From Kofleriaceae bacterium (GTDB lineage: Bacteria; Myxococcota_A; Polyangia; Haliangiales; Haliangiaceae): a DNA stretch of 64,000 nt. The notes under the pieces were generated by a model. The model searched no databases. It was given only the letters and a program-made list of their open reading frames with translations, and was not told the origin of the DNA. Position 1 is the stretch's first letter. Every line of letters begins with the position of its first letter. Of the stretch, positions 43,149-55,200 are shown piece after piece. A program made the position numbers and the translations under genes. The DNA lies in contig DATJXL010000089.1 of assembly GCA_035500135.1 (NCBI GenBank), forward strand, positions 7,645-71,644. The letters run 5' to 3'.

Positions 43149-44387
43149 TCACGGTTCGAGCGTCCACGCCAGGCACGCGATCAGATCGTCGGCTTCTTCG
43201 AGGCCGATGCCGAGCCGGATCAGGCGATCGATCCCGAGGCGCGCGACGGTCTCGGCCGGCGTGAAGTACTCGCTGACCGTGCGGTGGTGGTTGACCTTGG
43301 TGACCAGGCCGTCGAACGACAGCGCGTAGCGCACGATGCCGCACGACGCGAGGCGATCGGCGAGCACGCGGTGCGCGGCCTCGTCGGCGTCGCGCACGCG
43401 GAACGCCAGCAACGAGCCCGTGCGCACGTAGTCGCGCGCGATCACCGCGGCATCGGGATGATCCGGCCGGCTCGGGTGAAACACGCGCTCGACGCGCGGA
43501 TGCTCGCCGAGCCACCCGGCGACGCGCGCGGCGGTCGCGCAGCGCCGAGCGTGGGCCTCGCGCGCGCGCGGCAGGTTCGCGGCGACGCGGCGCGCGCGAT
43601 CGTCGTCGAGGATCCCGCCGCGCATCGCGACGAGATCCATGATCTGGTTCGCGAACGCGGCGTCGTTGGTCGCGATGTAGCCGCCGAGCGCGGCGTCCTG
43701 ACCGCCGAGCGCCTTGGTGAGCGAGCCGACGACGACGTCGGCGCCGGTCGCGAGCAGCGGCGCGCGCACGCCCCACGGCGTCGCGATCGTCGAGTCGATC
43801 ACGAGCCGCGCGCCCGGCGCGCGATGCACGAGCGCGGCGAGCGCGGGCACGTCCTGCGCGCGCCCGAGCGGGTTCGTGAACGTCTCGGCGAACACCAGGC
43901 GCGTGTCGGCGCGCAGCGCGGCGGCGAGCGCCGCGTGATCGCCATCGTCGACGAGCGCGAGCGTGGCGCCGACTCGCTTGCACGTCGCTTCGAAGAACGC
44001 GCGCGTCTTGTTGTAGACCTGGCGCATCGCGACGACGTGCGCGCCGGCCGCAATCGCGCAGTCGGCGACGAGCGCGACCGCTTGCATGCCGCAATCGGCG
44101 ACGATCGCGCACCTGGCCTGCTCGAGCCCGCGCAGCGCCGCGATCAGCTCGGCCGTGCCGGGCGTGCCGTAGCGCGCGTACAGGTGCGGCAGCTCGGACC
44201 ACGCTCCGTCGCCGCGCAGCGTGAACGCGGCCTTCGCTTCCTGCCACGCGATGCCCTCGGCCGACGAGCCGAGGTCGCGCTGGATCGAGCGCCGCTCGGG
44301 GTGCAGATACGGCGCGTTGGCATCGATCGGCTCGTGGAGCGCGCGCGTCGCGGCGCTCGCGGTCGCCAGGCTCGGCTTGCCCGTCAT
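43149..44387 (-). CDS. PLP-dependent Cys/Met-metabolism enzyme (O-acetylhomoserine sulfhydrylase / cystathionine gamma-synthase family)
   Basis: PLP-lysine context VVGSLTKALGG. ATG at 44387 (MTGKPSL) overlaps the metX::hom stop (ATGA). Confidence 0.85.
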   Translation of the reverse strand: MTGKPSLATASAATRALHEPIDANAPYLHPERRSIQRDLGSSAEGIAWQEAKAAFTLRGDGAWSELPHLYARYGTPGTAELIAALRGLEQARCAIVADCGMQAVALVADCAIAAGAHVVAMRQVYNKTRAFFEATCKRVGATLALVDDGDHAALAAALRADTRLVFAETFTNPLGRAQDVPALAALVHRAPGARLVIDSTIATPWGVRAPLLATGADVVVGSLTKALGGQDAALGGYIATNDAAFANQIMDLVAMRGGILDDDRARRVAANLPRAREAHARRCATAARVAGWLGEHPRVERVFHPSRPDHPDAAVIARDYVRTGSLLAFRVRDADEAAHRVLADRLASCGIVRYALSFDGLVTKVNHHRTVSEYFTPAETVARLGIDRLIRLGIGLEEADDLIACLAWTLEP

Positions 44388-46696
44388 TCGACCACTCCGA
44401 GCCACAAGACGTGCGCGACGCGCCCGAGCTCGGCGACCTGCGCGGCGACCGTCGCGATCTGCGCGTCATCGCTCGCCGAGATCAGGAGGGCATGATGCGC
44501 GAGCTCCGACGCTCCGCGGCTCGCCAAGCTCTGCACGACCAACCCCGCGCGCCGGACGAGGCTGTCGATCCGGCGCGGCACGCCGACGTGCGGCTCGGCC
44601 GACACGCGCAGGTAATGGCGGCGCGCCGGCTGCGGCGCGAGCGCGGCCGTGCGCGGCACCGGCCAGCGCACCGAGTTGTCCTGCGCGAGATCGATCAGGT
44701 CGCCGAGCACGGCGCTCGCGGTCGGCAGCGCGCCGGCGCCCTTGCCGAACAGCGACAGATCACCCGACGACGTGGTGCGCATGTACACCGCGTTGTATTC
44801 CTCCTCGACCGACGCGAGCAGGTGCCAGTCCGGGAGCAGCACGGGCTCGACGGCGGCGACGAGGCCGGCGCCGGTGCGCGCGGCTCGGGCGATCGACCGG
44901 ATCCGGAAGCCCATGGCCTCCGCGAGATCGCAGTCGGCTGGCTCCAGCTCGCGAATGCCGCGAATCGCGAGCGTGGTAGGCGCGATCCACACGCCGAATG
45001 CGCGATACGCGAGGATCGATAGCTTGGCGGCGGCGTCGCGACCTTCGAGATCCGCCGACGGGTCGGCTTCGGCCAGCCCGAGCTGCTGCGCCTCGGCGAT
45101 CGCGCGCGCGATCGGCCACTCGTCCTGCTCGAGCCGCGTCAGCACGTAGTTGCACGTGCCGTTGACGATTGCCTCCAGCGTCTCGACCTCGTCGGCACGA
45201 TGCGACAGATGGCGGATGATCGGGATCGCGGCGGCGGCCGCGGCTTCGCACAGGAGCGGCGTCTCGGTCCGCTGCGCGAGCACGGCGAGCGCGTCGAGCC
45301 GGCGCGCGAGCAGCGCCTTGTTCGCGGTCACGACCGGCTTGCCGGCCGCGAGCGCGGCGCGCAGCGCGGGCTCGACCGCATCGCCGCCGGCGACCTCGAC
45401 GATCACGTCGACATCGGCGTCGGCGACCAGCTCGTCCGCGCGCGTCGTGCGTGGCAGCTGCGCCGCGAGCTCGCCGCGCGGTTTGTCCGGATCGCGGACC
45501 GCCAGCTTGGTGACGCGAAACCGCACGCCGTAGCGCTCGGCGAGCGCGGCCTCCTGGCGCGCGAGCAGCTCGAGCACGCCGCGGCCGACCGTGCCGCAGC
45601 CGATCATGCCGATGCGGATCTCGCGCAGCGGTCGCACCCCGACGCCTTGCCAGCGCGCGCGCGCCGGTTGCGCGGCAAAGCAGCCCGCGTCGGCGAGCAG
45701 CTCCGCGAGCCGATCTTGATCGGCGAGAAACGCGTCGTGGCCGAACTCGCTGTCGAGCTTCCACAGCGACGCGCTCGCGCCCGCCGCCTGCAGCTCGCGA
45801 TACAGCTCGTGCTGGAGCGCGAACGGGAACAGGAGATCCCCGGGTACGCCGACGACGATCACGTCGGCGGTCACCCTCGCGAGGGCGCGGCGGTCGCCGA
45901 TCTGGCAGCGATCGATCGCCTCGCTGAGCAACAGGAACGTGCGCACCGGGAACCGCTCGGCGAACCGCCGGCCGTGATGATCGAGGTACGCCGCGACCGG
46001 CGGCTGCGCGAGCTCTGGTCCGAGCACGCCGAACCGGGTGTCGAGCTCGTCGCGCCCGCGATACGTCAGCATGCCGAGCTGGCGCGCGCGCACCATGCCG
46101 GTCGCGACCTCGCCGGCGCGTTGCGCGTCGCGCACGAGCTCGCGCTGCAGGTGGCGCGTCGCGGTGCCCCAGCCGTCCGGACGCAACCCGGCCGAGATCG
46201 TGACCAGCCGCGCGACCCGCTCGGGATGGCGCACCGCGAGCGCGACGCCGACGAGCCCGCCCAGGCTCGCGCCGACGTAGGTGACGGCCGCCCGGACGCC
46301 GATGCCGTCGAGCCAGGCCGCGACCAGGTCCGCGAGCCCGGCCGCCGACAGCGGCGGCAGCGCGATGCCGGGATCATCGAAGTCGCGCCACGTCGACCCG
46401 TTGCCCGGCCAGCACGGCACGAGCACGGTCGTGTGCGCCGGGTCGATGCGGTCGGGCCCGTCGAGTGCCGGCCACCACGCCTCGTGGCCGTCGCCATCGC
46501 CGAACGGAAACGGCGACGCCGTGATGCCGCCGACCACGACGACGATCGGTGCGGTACCGAGCTCGGGCCCGAGCGCGTAGCCGGCGAGCTCGACGTCCGC
46601 GAGCGCGTGGCCCTCGATCACCATCGCCTCGCGATGCACGACGAGCCGGCGTGGGGCGTGGCGGGGCTCGACCGTTGCAGGCGTTATCGCGGACAT
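44384..46696 (-). CDS. metX: Bifunctional fusion: homoserine O-acetyltransferase (MetX, N-terminal) + homoserine dehydrogenase with ACT-like tail (C-terminal)
   Basis: MetX: VVGGITASPF, nucleophile elbow YVGASLGG, EFGHDAFL. Hom: IGMIGCGTVGRGV, VVTANKALLA, AAIPIIRHL, IVNGTCNYVL, DPSADLEGRDAAAKLSILA. Single 770-aa ORF. Confidence 0.88.
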   Translation of the reverse strand: MSAITPATVEPRHAPRRLVVHREAMVIEGHALADVELAGYALGPELGTAPIVVVVGGITASPFPFGDGDGHEAWWPALDGPDRIDPAHTTVLVPCWPGNGSTWRDFDDPGIALPPLSAAGLADLVAAWLDGIGVRAAVTYVGASLGGLVGVALAVRHPERVARLVTISAGLRPDGWGTATRHLQRELVRDAQRAGEVATGMVRARQLGMLTYRGRDELDTRFGVLGPELAQPPVAAYLDHHGRRFAERFPVRTFLLLSEAIDRCQIGDRRALARVTADVIVVGVPGDLLFPFALQHELYRELQAAGASASLWKLDSEFGHDAFLADQDRLAELLADAGCFAAQPARARWQGVGVRPLREIRIGMIGCGTVGRGVLELLARQEAALAERYGVRFRVTKLAVRDPDKPRGELAAQLPRTTRADELVADADVDVIVEVAGGDAVEPALRAALAAGKPVVTANKALLARRLDALAVLAQRTETPLLCEAAAAAAIPIIRHLSHRADEVETLEAIVNGTCNYVLTRLEQDEWPIARAIAEAQQLGLAEADPSADLEGRDAAAKLSILAYRAFGVWIAPTTLAIRGIRELEPADCDLAEAMGFRIRSIARAARTGAGLVAAVEPVLLPDWHLLASVEEEYNAVYMRTTSSGDLSLFGKGAGALPTASAVLGDLIDLAQDNSVRWPVPRTAALAPQPARRHYLRVSAEPHVGVPRRIDSLVRRAGLVVQSLASRGASELAHHALLISASDDAQIATVAAQVAELGRVAHVLWLGVVE

Positions 46697-46745
46697 GCGT
46701 CCGGGATATTAGAGGCGACGCCACCCGCCGCGCAAGCCGGAACGC

Positions 46746-46904
46746 TCAGCGCTGCGCGAGCTGGACGTGGTCCGCGTGTGCCGCGATCGAGATCGACTTC
46801 GCCTCGATCGCGCCGGCGAACAGGAGGACCGCGGCGAACGCGAGGTCGCGGATCCGGTTGATGCGCTGGCGGGTGGCGATGCTGTGGAGCCGGTTGTTCG
46901 TCAT
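46746..46904 (-). CDS. Candidate 52-aa membrane protein
   Basis: MTNNRLHSIATRQRINRIRDLAFAAVLLFAGAIEAKSISIAAHADHVQLAQR. 51 of 52 codons end in G/C. ATG at 46904. It is the 3' end of shadow ORF 46746..47186. Confidence 0.45.
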   Translation of the reverse strand: MTNNRLHSIATRQRINRIRDLAFAAVLLFAGAIEAKSISIAAHADHVQLAQR

Positions 46905-47097
46905 GCCGGAACCTAGTTCAACGGCGATGCCAGCCTGTGAAAATGCATGCTTAACGATCACGAAGTGCACGTCTGCTGGCTTGGGACTCAGCTCGCCATC
47001 TCGTGCGTTTGCTTGTGGGGGTCTTAATGGGAGTCGAGACCGTCCTGGACCACTCGGGTCTGCAATGGCGCGACGCCGCGTCGTGTCGATCGTTAGG

Positions 47098-48900
47098 ATG
47101 AGCCGGATGGTGGACAGCCCGCTCGCGCACGGCCCGACCTTGCTCGCGTCCGACCCGCGGCGCGACCAGCTCGAGCCCGGCCACACCGCGGGCGAGTACG
47201 TCGTCGATCGCTTCCTCGGCGCGGGGGCGATGGGCGAGGTCTACGCCGGCCACCATCCGGTGATCGGCAAGAAGGTCGCGATCAAGGTGCTGCGCCGCGA
47301 CGCCGGCTCGGCCTCGGACTCGGCCGAGCGCTTCGTGCGCGAGGCGCGCGCGGCGAGCCAGATCGATCACCCGAACGTCATCGACGTGTTCGCGTTCGGC
47401 AAGACCGACGACGGCCGCCTGTACCTCGCGATGGAGCTGATCGAAGGCCGCACGCTGCGCGAGGTCGTCGGCGAGGGCCCGCTCGCGGCCGACCGCGCGC
47501 TCGCGATCCTCGAGCCGATCGCGGACGCGCTCGACGCCGCGCACGCGCGCGGCGTGATCCACCGCGATCTCAAGCCCGAAAACATCATGCTCGCGGGCGA
47601 GCATCCGCGCGTGCTCGTGCTCGACTTCGGGCTCGCGAAGCTCGTCGCGGCGGCGGGCGAGGGCCAGGTGCTGCCGAAGACGCTGACCGGGCAGGGCACG
47701 TGGCTCGGCACGCCCGGCTACATGGCGCCTGAACAGTGGAGCGTCGACGGCGCGTGCGCGGCATCGGATCGCTATGCGCTCGGCGTGATCGCGTTCGAGC
47801 TGCTCGCCGGTGCGCCGCCGTTCCAGGCCGCGAGCGTGCCGGCGATGATGGAGCAGCACTTTCGCGCGCCGGTGCCGGCGCTGTCGGCGCGCGGCCGCGC
47901 GTTGCCGGCGAGCGTCGACGACGTGCTGAACCGCGCGCTCGCGAAGGATCCGGCCGCGCGGTTCGCCACCGCGCGCGAGCTGGTCGCGGCGCTGCGCGAG
48001 GCGCTCGCCGAGCGGCGCACGGTGGCCGTGAAGCGGCCGTGGTTGCCGGCAGCCGCCGGCGCCGGCGTGCTCGCCGTCGGCGTCGTCACCGTGCTCGCGA
48101 TCCGGCGCGGCGACGACGCGCCGCGTGCACCCGAGGTCGGCGTCGGCACGCTGTCGATCGCGATCAGCACGTTGCCCGACGGCGCCGACCTGACGATCGA
48201 CGGCAAGCCGGCGGGGCAGGCGCCCGCGACGATCAACCCCCACCGCGGCGACACGATCGAGCTCGTCGCCCGCAAGCCCGGTTACCTGGCGGCGCGCCGC
48301 ACGTTCATCGCCGGCGACGACGCGATCGCGGTCGGGCTCCGGCTCGAGACGGTGAGCCGCTTCGAGGGCGTGTGGCGGTTGCCCGACGGCCAGCTGCGCG
48401 CGTTCGAGCGCGGCGACGACCACGTCGACGTGTTCAAGCTCGACGCGGTCGCCGGCCCGCGCGCGTTCTATCGCCACTATCGGTTCGCGCCGGTCGAGAC
48501 CGGCGTCGCGTTCGCGACCGACGACGAGGTCGTCGATCCGCGCGCGCCCGACGAGCCGTCGTGCCACGTGCCCGTGCACGTCGAGTACCGCTACGACCCC
48601 GCAAAGGACGCGCTCGTGCTGCGCCGCGAGGTCGTCGAGCTCGATCTCGCCGACGGCCACTGCGTCGTTCACGCGCGCCGCGTCGACGAGGCGCCGGTGG
48701 CGCGCGCCGATGCGCCGACCGACACCGTCGTCCTTCCGTCGCCGGCCGGGTCACCTCCGAAAGCCCAGAAGCACCCGAAGATGATCAAGACATCGAACCC
48801 CACGCCGAGCGATAAGGAGCTTCACCTACAGGAGAAGGACGCGAAATCGAACAGCTCCAACGCGCCGCCGCAGGCCATGCCGCAACAGCAGGCATTCTGA
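47098..48900 (+). CDS. Ser/Thr protein kinase - TM - PEGA domain protein
   Basis: LGAGAMGEVYAG, VAIKVL, VIHRDLKPENIML, DFGLAK, GTPGYMAPE. TM at WLPAAAGAGVLAVGVVTVLAI. PEGA-like TLSIAISTLPDGADLTIDGK...ELVARKPGY. Start is one of ATG 47065/47098/47107. Confidence 0.85.
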   Translation: MSRMVDSPLAHGPTLLASDPRRDQLEPGHTAGEYVVDRFLGAGAMGEVYAGHHPVIGKKVAIKVLRRDAGSASDSAERFVREARAASQIDHPNVIDVFAFGKTDDGRLYLAMELIEGRTLREVVGEGPLAADRALAILEPIADALDAAHARGVIHRDLKPENIMLAGEHPRVLVLDFGLAKLVAAAGEGQVLPKTLTGQGTWLGTPGYMAPEQWSVDGACAASDRYALGVIAFELLAGAPPFQAASVPAMMEQHFRAPVPALSARGRALPASVDDVLNRALAKDPAARFATARELVAALREALAERRTVAVKRPWLPAAAGAGVLAVGVVTVLAIRRGDDAPRAPEVGVGTLSIAISTLPDGADLTIDGKPAGQAPATINPHRGDTIELVARKPGYLAARRTFIAGDDAIAVGLRLETVSRFEGVWRLPDGQLRAFERGDDHVDVFKLDAVAGPRAFYRHYRFAPVETGVAFATDDEVVDPRAPDEPSCHVPVHVEYRYDPAKDALVLRREVVELDLADGHCVVHARRVDEAPVARADAPTDTVVLPSPAGSPPKAQKHPKMIKTSNPTPSDKELHLQEKDAKSNSSNAPPQAMPQQQAF

Positions 48901-48969
48901 CCCCCGTGCTAAGATGATCGAGGCGTGGCAGGGGACGAAGAAGTACGGGCTCGTGCGACGTTGGCGGAG

Positions 48970-49812
48970 ATGGCCATGCGCATCTCGCGCGGGCCACACG
49001 CCGCGCTCGGCGTCGCCGAGCTGTCGACGCCGGAGCAGGTGCGCGCCGCGTTTCTCGAGCTGACCAAGCAGTTCCATCCGGCACGGTTCGGCCGGCTCCC
49101 GGCCGACGTGCAGCGCCAGTCGACCGAGGTGTTCCTCGGGATCAAGAACGCGCACGAGACGCTGATGCGCTCGCTGGGCGCGTCGACCAAGCCGGGCCGC
49201 TCCACGCCGAGCGGCGCGATCCCGGCGATCGCGGCCGAGGGCTCGCAGTCGATGCCGGTCGCCGGCAAGCCGGCCGCGCCGGTCCAGTCGCGGACCTCGA
49301 CCGGACCGCTCCCGCGCGCGATCGGGACGCAGGCGCCGCCGGCGGCGCGGACGGGCTCGATCCCGGTCACCCGGGCAGGCTCGCCGCCCCCGGCTCGCCC
49401 CGGCACGCCGCCGCAAGATCGTGCCGCGCGCGCGCCGACGCCGGCGCTCGGCATCCCGCTCGCGCGCCCTGGCACGCCACCGCAAACGCGGCCCGGCTCG
49501 CCGCCGGCGGCGGCCGAGCCCGCGCCACGCCTTCCCGCCGACGCGTTCGACGAGCAAGCCGGGCTCGAGGTCGCGAAGGCGCTGCTCGCGCGCCGCGACT
49601 GGTCGACCGCGCGCCAGGCGCTGCACGCCCTTGCCGCGCGCGTCCCGCAGTCGAAGTCGTATCGCGCGCTGCTCTGCTATGCGCGCGGACGCGAGGCTCA
49701 GGCCGCGAACAAGCCCGAAGACGCCGCGCTCGAGTTTCAACGCGCGCTCCAGCTCGATCCCGATCTGCGCGACGCCAGGACCGCGCTCGCCGAGATCCAG
49801 CGCAAGCGTTGA
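48970..49812 (+). CDS. J-domain-like protein with degenerate HPD (HPA), Pro-rich linker and C-terminal TPR-like region
   Basis: ALGVAELSTPEQVRAAFLELTKQFHPARFG...VFLGIKNAHETL aligns to a J domain, but Asp of HPD is Ala. C-terminus ALEFQRALQLDPDLRDA is TPR-like. Confidence 0.65.
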   Translation: MAMRISRGPHAALGVAELSTPEQVRAAFLELTKQFHPARFGRLPADVQRQSTEVFLGIKNAHETLMRSLGASTKPGRSTPSGAIPAIAAEGSQSMPVAGKPAAPVQSRTSTGPLPRAIGTQAPPAARTGSIPVTRAGSPPPARPGTPPQDRAARAPTPALGIPLARPGTPPQTRPGSPPAAAEPAPRLPADAFDEQAGLEVAKALLARRDWSTARQALHALAARVPQSKSYRALLCYARGREAQAANKPEDAALEFQRALQLDPDLRDARTALAEIQRKR

Positions 49813-49831
49813 GCTATAGTTTCACCGAGCG

Positions 49832-51382
<1,551 letters not shown>

Positions 51383-51501
51383 CGGGAATGACCGCGACCG
51401 GCGGCTCGTGCGATGCCCCAGCATGGGCGTGACTACCGGGTCGCGTCGCAGAATCGGTGTTATGTCAACTCGGGGCACGGTACGTGCAGACATGGGTCTG
51501 C

Positions 51502-51891
51502 ATGAAATTCCTGTGTCTCGCCGCGGTGCTCGCGGCCTGCGCGACTACGAGCTATTCGACCGCGACCCAGACCGCGGACGTGCCGTACGGAGAAACCGGC
51601 ACCGTGGTCGCCGTGCGTGAGGTGACGAGGCGCGTGCAAGGTCAGCCCGCCGCCGGCGCCGTGGCCGGCGGCTTGATCGGCGGGCTCGTCACGGGTCACT
51701 GGTTCGGCGCGGTCGCGGGCGGTGCGACCGGCGCGCTGCTCAGCTCGGGTTCGTCGGAGAGCCGCATCGCCGAGGTGACCGTGCAGTTCGACGACGGCCA
51801 GACCGGCACGTTCCAGTACCGCGACTACACGGTGCTTCGCCCCGGCCAGCGCGTGCAGCTCACCGCGGACGGGCCGATTCCCGCCGGCTGA
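51502..51891 (+). CDS. Glycine-zipper (SlyB / 17-kDa-antigen-like) outer-membrane lipoprotein
   Basis: MKFLCLAAVLAAC lipobox. AAGAVAGGLIGGLVTGHWFGAVAGGATGALL glycine zipper. Confidence 0.75.
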   Translation: MKFLCLAAVLAACATTSYSTATQTADVPYGETGTVVAVREVTRRVQGQPAAGAVAGGLIGGLVTGHWFGAVAGGATGALLSSGSSESRIAEVTVQFDDGQTGTFQYRDYTVLRPGQRVQLTADGPIPAG

Positions 51892-51939
51892 CGCTCCGTA
51901 TCCGCGGAATACGCCGAGGTCCGCGCCGGTTGGGCCCGC

Positions 51940-52245
51940 ATGGTCGACCGTCGTGTCCTCGTGCCGGTCGCGGGTAATCTCGCGCTGGTCGCGATCGCGT
52001 TGGCGGCGACGATCCGATCGACCTCGCCGCGGCCGATCGAGCTCCAGCCGATGCCGCGCGCGGTGGTGGTCCTCGCAGATCCGCCGCCGGACCCGCGCGA
52101 TGTGATCGAGCCCGAGCCGCCGGTCGTCGATCGCGGTCTCGTGCTCCGTCCGCCGTCCACCGGCGACGCGATCGACGGGTGGCTCTCGCCTTTCGAGCGC
52201 GCGCTCGCGCTCGCCTACGGTCTGTTCGCGCCGCACGCGCTATAG
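51940..52245 (+). CDS. Hypothetical 101-aa single-TM protein
   Basis: GC3-rich frame. NLALVAIALAATI helix. No recognisable family. Confidence 0.4.
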   Translation: MVDRRVLVPVAGNLALVAIALAATIRSTSPRPIELQPMPRAVVVLADPPPDPRDVIEPEPPVVDRGLVLRPPSTGDAIDGWLSPFERALALAYGLFAPHAL

Positions 52246-52252
52246 CTCGCAG

Positions 52253-55200
52253 GTGTCGGAAGATCCGCTGGCGCCGTTCGGCGAGCCCGCGCGCGCGTGG
52301 TTTCGCGGCGCGTTCGCATCGGCGACACCGGTCCAGGCCCGCGGCTGGGCCGCGATCGCGCGCGGCCGGCACACCCTCATGCTCGCGCCGACCGGCAGCG
52401 GCAAGACGCTCGCGGCGTTCCTGTGGGCGTTGGATCGGCTGGCGACACCCGGTGCGCCGGGCACGCGCGTCGTCTACATCTCGCCGCTCAAGGCACTCGC
52501 GTACGACGTCGAGCGCAACCTGCGCGCGCCGCTGGCCGGCATGGGGCTGCCGATCGCGATCGACGTCCGCACCGGCGACACGCCGGCCAAGGAGCGCGAG
52601 CGCCAGCGCAAGCAGCCCGGCGAGATCCTCGTGACCACCCCGGAGTCCTTGTATCTCGTGCTCGCCGGGCGCTCGCGCGAACGCCTGCGCGCGGTCGAGA
52701 CCGTGATCGTCGACGAGATCCACGCGCTCGCGCCGACCAAGCGCGGCATGCATCTCGCGCTCACGCTCGAGCGGCTCGCGCACCTGACCGGCCGCGATCC
52801 GCAGCGCATCGGGCTATCGGCGACCCAGCGTCCACTTACGGAAGTGGCTCGATATCTCGGCGGGGACCGCGAGGTCGAGATCGTCGACGCCAGCGCGCCG
52901 CCCGCGCTCGATCTCGAGATCGTCGTGCCGGCGGCCGAGATGGACCATCCGGGTACGGCCGCGAAGGATGCCGAGGTCTTCCGAGGAGGAGATGGACTGT
53001 GGCCGCTGCTCTACCCGCGCCTGCTCGACGACATCCTGGCGCACCGCTCGACCATCGTGTTCGTCAACTCGCGGCGGCTCGCCGAGCGCGTCGCGCAGCA
53101 GCTGTCCGAGCTCGCGGTCGCGCGCGGCATGACCGAAGACTTCGTCCGCGCGCACCACGGCTCGGTCGCGCGCCCGCAGCGGCTCGCGATCGAAGAGGCG
53201 CTCAAGGCCGGCCGGCTGCGCGCGATCGTCGCGACGTCGTCCCTCGAGCTCGGGATCGACATGGGCGCGGTCGATCTCGTGCTGCAGATCGAGTCGCCGG
53301 GCGCGGTGTCGCGCGGGCTGCAGCGCATCGGCCGCGCCGGCCACCAGGTCGGCGGCACCAGCCGCGGCCGGCTCTATCCGAAGTTTCGCGGCGACCTGCT
53401 CGAGACCGCGGTGGTGGCGCGCCGGATGGCGGCCGGCGACGTCGAGCCGATCCGCGTGCCGGAAGGCGCGCTCGACGTGCTCGCGCAGCAGCTGGTCGCG
53501 ATGGTCGGCGTCGAGCCGTGGCGCGTCGGCGAGCTCGAAGGCGTGGTGCGCCGCGCCGCGAGCTATCGCGAGCTGCCGCGCGCGGCGTTCACCGGCGTCC
53601 TCGACATGCTCGCGGGCCGCTATCCCTCCGACGAATTCGCGGATCTGCGGCCGCGGCTGACCTGGGATCGCCAGGCCGATGTCGTGACCGCGCGCCGCGG
53701 CGCCGCGTTGCTCGCCGTGACCTCGGGCGGGACGATTCCGGATCGCGGGCTGTACTCGGTGAATCTCGGCGAAGGCGGCCCGAAGGTGGGCGAGCTCGAC
53801 GAGGAGATGGTGGCCGAGAGCCGCAAGGGCGAGACGTTCTTGCTCGGGGCGTCGACCTGGCGCATCGAGGACATCACGCGCGACCGCGTGATCGTCTCGC
53901 CGGCACCGGGCGAGCCCGGCAAGATGCCATTCTGGCGCGCCGAGGGCCCCGGCCGGCCGGTCGAGCTCGGCCGCGCGCTCGGCGCGTTCACGCGCGAGCT
54001 CGACGCGCGCATCGCAGGCGGCGACGCGCCCGAGTGGCTCGCGCGCGACTACAAGCTCGACGTGTTCGCCGCGCAGAACCTGATCGCGTACGTCGCCGAG
54101 CAGCGCGCGCGCGGCGGGCTGCCGACCGATCGCGCGATCGCGATCGAGCGGTTCCGCGACGAGCTCGGCGACGAGCGCGCGTGCATCCTGACGCCGCTCG
54201 GCAGCCGCGTCCACGCGCCGTGGGCGCTCGTGCTCGCGCACCGGCTCGAGCAGCGGCTCGGCTACCCGGTCCATCCGCTGTGGACCGACGACGGCATCGC
54301 GCTGCGGTTTGCCGACGCCGACGTCGTACCCGGCGACGACGAGCTCGTACCCGATCCGGACTCGATCGAGCGCGAGCTGGTCGACGAGCTCGCGCGCGGT
54401 AGCCTGTTCGCGAGCCACTTCCGCCACAACGCGGCGCGCGCGCTGCTGCTGCCGCGTCGGCGGCCCGGCCAGCGCACGCCGCTGTGGGCGCAGCGGCTGC
54501 GCGCCCAGCAGCTGATGGGTGTCGCGCTGCGCTTCCCGGATTTTCCGATCACGCTCGAGACCTATCGCGAGCTCCTGCGCGACGTGTTCGACCTGCCCGC
54601 GCTGCTCGACCTGCTCGCCGCGATCCGCCGCGGCGAGGTCGCGATCGAGGCGACGCGGACGGATACCGCGTCGCCGTTCGCGCGCTCGCTCGTGTTCGAC
54701 TACGTCGCGGCGTACCTCTATCAAGGCGACGCGCCGGTCGCCGAGCGCAAGGCCCAGGCGCTCACGCTCGATCGCGAGCTGCTGCGCGAGCTGGTCGGCA
54801 CCGGCGAGCTGCGCGAGCTGCTCGATCTCGACGTGATCGCGGAGGTCGAGGCCGAGCTGCAGGCGACCGCCGAGGATCGCCGCGCGCGTGATGCCGACGA
54901 GCTGCACGATCTGCTGCGCCGGCTCGGCGATCTGTCCGACCTCGAGATCGCGGCGCGGTCGCGAGTCGCGGCCGACGCGCTCGTCGCGGCGGGCCGCGCG
55001 CGCCGGCTCACGCTCGGCGGTGAATCGCGCGTGATCGCAGCCGACGACGAGCCGCGCTACCGCGCGCCCGACCCGCACGATCTTGTGCCGCGCTACGCGC
55101 GCACGCACGGGCCGTTCACCGCCGCCGCGGTCGTCGCGCGCTGGGGCGTGCCGATCGCGAGCGTCGAGACCGCGCTCGCGCTCCTCGCATCGCGCGGCCA

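Noticed and set aside
46697-47097. SAM riboswitch upstream of metX::hom
   Set aside because: I read the minus-strand leader and found none of the S-box (SAM-I) or SAM-II conserved core sequences. An Rfam scan would be needed for certainty.
46549-47097. 5' extension of the PEGA kinase ORF (track start 46549)
   Set aside because: The extension is antisense to metX::hom and Arg-rich. The kinase glycine loop lies about 40 codons after the ATGs at 47065-47107, so the start is there.
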